Positions 61,085-64,000 of a stretch of DNA of 64,000 nt are shown here, piece after piece. Within the stretch, counting starts at the first letter, position 1. Every line of letters begins with the position of its first letter. This stretch comes from Yuukianura sp. NJ FZ-2021 (Eukaryota): positions 7,998,001 to 8,062,000 of the forward strand of contig CM102287.1 in assembly GCA_046563655.1 (NCBI GenBank). Direction: 5' to 3'. Both the position numbers and the translations under genes were made by a program. The notes beneath the pieces are model-generated. The model made no database searches, was not told the origin of the DNA, and saw only the letters and a list, made by a program, of their open reading frames with translations.

Positions 61085-62007
61085 GAATTCGTTCAAAAAA
61101 TTCTCCTTGCATCACCCACAATTTTTCATTTTTGCTGTGCAATTAGTGAATGTGAGATTCAGGATTCTCTGTAATTTATTAAATTTTGGTTTTGAAAAGG
61201 ATTTCTGAATGAATTTTTTTCTAGTAAATGTTTTAGCTGATACTCTCGCACATGAAACTGGCGCTTAACGTTTGAAATCGAATGGAAATTTCACGAAAGA
61301 AATAGCCCGGCGTTGAATTTGAAAATGTAATTTTACAAATTGCAAATGAAAGTTTTAAAAATTTAACATTTCACCGCCAAAATGACTTTTAGGTATAATC
61401 AGCAGCACATCAATTCTGTGGCATTACTTTCACTTTCACAATTAATGTAAACATCAAATTAGGGACGAAAAAATGACATTGATAATCAGCAAAACATCCA
61501 TTCCAGCGTTACTCTCACTTTCACAATTAATGTAAACTTTAAATTAAACAAGAGTATCAACATCATCACGTTAAAGCACAAAATTTGGCCGGAATTCGTT
61601 CGAAAATGCATGCAATTTTCGAATTGCATCACAATTTTTTATTTTTCATTTGCAATTTGTGAATGTGAGTGTGATAGGCAGGATTCATTTCAAAAACAAA
61701 ATTTCTTAAATTTTGATTTTCGAACGAATAGGAATAATATATTTCTGAAACTTGAATTTTTTTCTGAATGTTTTAGCAGATACTGTCGGGCATAACTGGC
61801 GTTTAAAGTTTGAGTTCTATTGGAAATTTCATGAAAGAAATCGCCCGGCGTTGAATTTAAGAAGTAATTTTACAAATTGCTGATGAAAGTTTTAAAAATT
61901 TCAGAGCAACTGAAATGGTAGAACTCAACTCTTTTAGCGTTACTTTCACCATTAAAGTTATGTAAACATCAGATTAAACAAAAGTATCAACATAATCAAG
62001 TTACAGT
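61085..62007. repeat. Imperfect tandem duplication (~490 + ~415 bp) with an internal ~65-bp sub-repeat
   Basis: Units ~61085-61575 and ~61592-62007 share GAATTCGTTC, GTGAATGTGAG, GGAAATTTCAyGAAAGAAATmGCCCGGCGTTGAATTT and GTAATTTTACAAATTGC. Sub-repeats at ~61396-61461 and ~61482-61546. Confidence 0.8.
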
Positions 62008-64000
62008 GATGCACTGTGTGTGTAAGTGGTGTTCAAAGGTTCAGTTAATCTGTTTACAGTTTATAATTTGCAGAAAGCAGGAAAGTGGATACGGTTAAGA
62101 GATGCTGTTGTGGTTTTGATAGGCCTCAAGCGACTAGTGTTCTGCAACTGGTAGTAAATCTGTCCTCGCTTATGACCTTCCCATGATTTACGAAGTCACT
62201 TTAACAATAAAACTCTAAAGTGTAAACACTCCTACCTTTTCCTTTCTTCCTGAATCTTCTCTTTTGATTTCAAAATGAAATTTGAACCTTAGACAGGAAA
62301 TTTGAAACTCAGAAATGAAATTTTGACAAAACGGGAGAAAGTTCATGCTCATTGTTCTTTCTCCTAAGTTACAAAATTTTCTATTATTTTGTTCCACAAG
62401 TTCCTTTTTTGTTCTTCTGAGTGAGTCCATTAATATACTTCTCAGCTTCCCACTGAATTGTTTTCTCTTTCTCTTTCTTCGTATGCTAGGGAAGATGCTT
62501 GTGTGGGAAGAGTAAGGGATGGAAGAATCTGCGTTAGTTTATTTATTGTGCTGTGGGACGGAGAGAGGTTGGTGGTTGTGGGCTAATGGACTTTCTCCTG
62601 CAGAAGAAAGGGACATTAGGAGAGTGGAGAAAGGAGAAGGTAGCAAATAGAAAATAGTTCTTTTCTGCAATGATTTATCAGGCAAGGAGGCAGAGGCTGA
62701 GGGAAGGGCTCGCTTTGACCCTTGACCTCTTCTTTTTACATTAGTACGTTTTGGAGGGACGTCATTTATCCTCTCCCGGGTTTTCTTTGTTTCTGCTCAA
62801 ACTTTCTCTTTTGTCTTCCACTTTCTCGGGGAATTGAAAGAATTCTTGTTATCTTCCATCCGATAGGAACCAAAAACTAAATGGCTCACTCAGGAACATC
62901 ATGACGTCTTCCTCACAATTTGCTCTTCAGTGAGCATCAGATTCTCTACTGAAACAATTGATTTGCACTTGTACTTCTGCATTTTCTTGTCAAGAAATCT
63001 ACAAAAAAAAAAAAGTTAGCTATACCTTAACAAGAAAAAAAAACGAAATTCGACGAACATTAAATTGGCATAAGCAAAATTAGTTAAAAATTTCGGTTTT
63101 TGAGTATGAAAAAGGAAATTTTTGGAAGTTTTGCTTTTCCACTTTAAATTTTTCTGTTGTAGCTACGGGTATTCCTTGGAGATAAAAACTGAAACCTTGA
63201 GCTCAGCGTTTGTCTTTAGTCAAAGTAATTTGTTTTTTGTGTTTATAGACAAGTGGAAGGAGGTTTTCTTTTGGATTTTTTTTTCGCGTGTCCTTGTGCC
63301 TGGGTGACATTCGACATGAACTTATGTGGCGACATTTCATTCCATTAGAGCGAAAGCCGAGTCCTGATGACGTCATCATTCGCTCAAGGAAGCGAAGCGA
63401 GCGAGCCGAGAGGAAAGTTACAAACGACCAAAACTGAAGCAAAGAAGAAAAAAGGCTCCGAAAAAAAAACCGGGAAAGGTTCCGAAAAGAAAAAAAACCG
63501 GGAGAAGAAGAAGGGAGATTCATCAGTGTCAGCTGAATGGAATGAGATGGAAGGGAAAAGGAATGGGGAACTGCCAAGTCAAAAGCGTGAGCAACACGAG
63601 TGTGAAAAAATAAATCAAATCAAAGGAATCCTTTTCCAAAAAGAAAAAAAAAGTTGAAGGAACAAGACGAGGGGAAAATGGAACTCAAATCCAAAAGAAA
63701 AACCCGTGTTTGTTATTTTCCCGGTTTTTTCTTTCGGAAGGGAGGGTGAGGGGGAGAAAGTGTCGGTTCTTTCTTCCCGGATTCCAAAGATGGATGGATT
63801 CACTTTGGGGGATGATGAGTAACTCCTCGAAAACAGTCCGAAAAAAAGCCTAACCTCACAAGGAATTTTAATCTCACGAAAAACCGAATTTTGAAAACGC
63901 GGAAAGACTCGGATAATTTTGGTATTTAGAAAAAGTAGCTACAAACAAATCTATCCTGGTCGTGTATAATTTCCATCCAAAATTTTATACTTACAGCTCG

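Noticed and set aside
63203..63657. Lys-rich plus-strand and Phe/Ser-rich minus-strand ORFs
   Set aside because: They derive from low-complexity A/G-rich sequence and show no domain evidence.
43200..64000. Antp exons expected beyond ftz
   Set aside because: No third homeobox or YPWM exon was found; Antp, if linked, lies outside the window.

Overview
Eukaryotic, AT-rich, intron-rich arthropod DNA. A non-holometabolous hexapod such as a springtail is plausible but is inference only. The window has two contrasting halves. 1-22.6 kb is gene-dense with tiny introns: septin-7/peanut (5' end outside the window, with a cassette micro-exon and two alternative last exons), FIG4/Sac3 phosphatase, zeta-COP, STT3B and an orphan secreted-protein gene. 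It also holds a ~2.95 kb tandem duplication (5464-8437 / 8446-11383) carrying a defensin-like (CSab-pattern) secreted gene, a small fast-diverging membrane-protein ORF and the 3' half of FIG4. The extra FIG4 half lacks its 5' exons, yet its exons are open and differ mostly at silent sites. 22.6-64 kb is a gene-poor Hox-cluster segment with Scr and ftz on the minus strand. Both have an intron at the same homeobox position (WFQ|NRR), and Ftz keeps YPWM but has no LXXLL. Dfd and miR-10 were not seen downstream of Scr, where housekeeping genes lie instead, so the cluster appears interrupted here. A 5'-truncated but open RLE-type non-LTR retrotransposon fragment and a ~0.5 kb tandem repeat lie upstream of ftz. 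Exon boundaries were read by eye from GT-AG sites and frame continuity.
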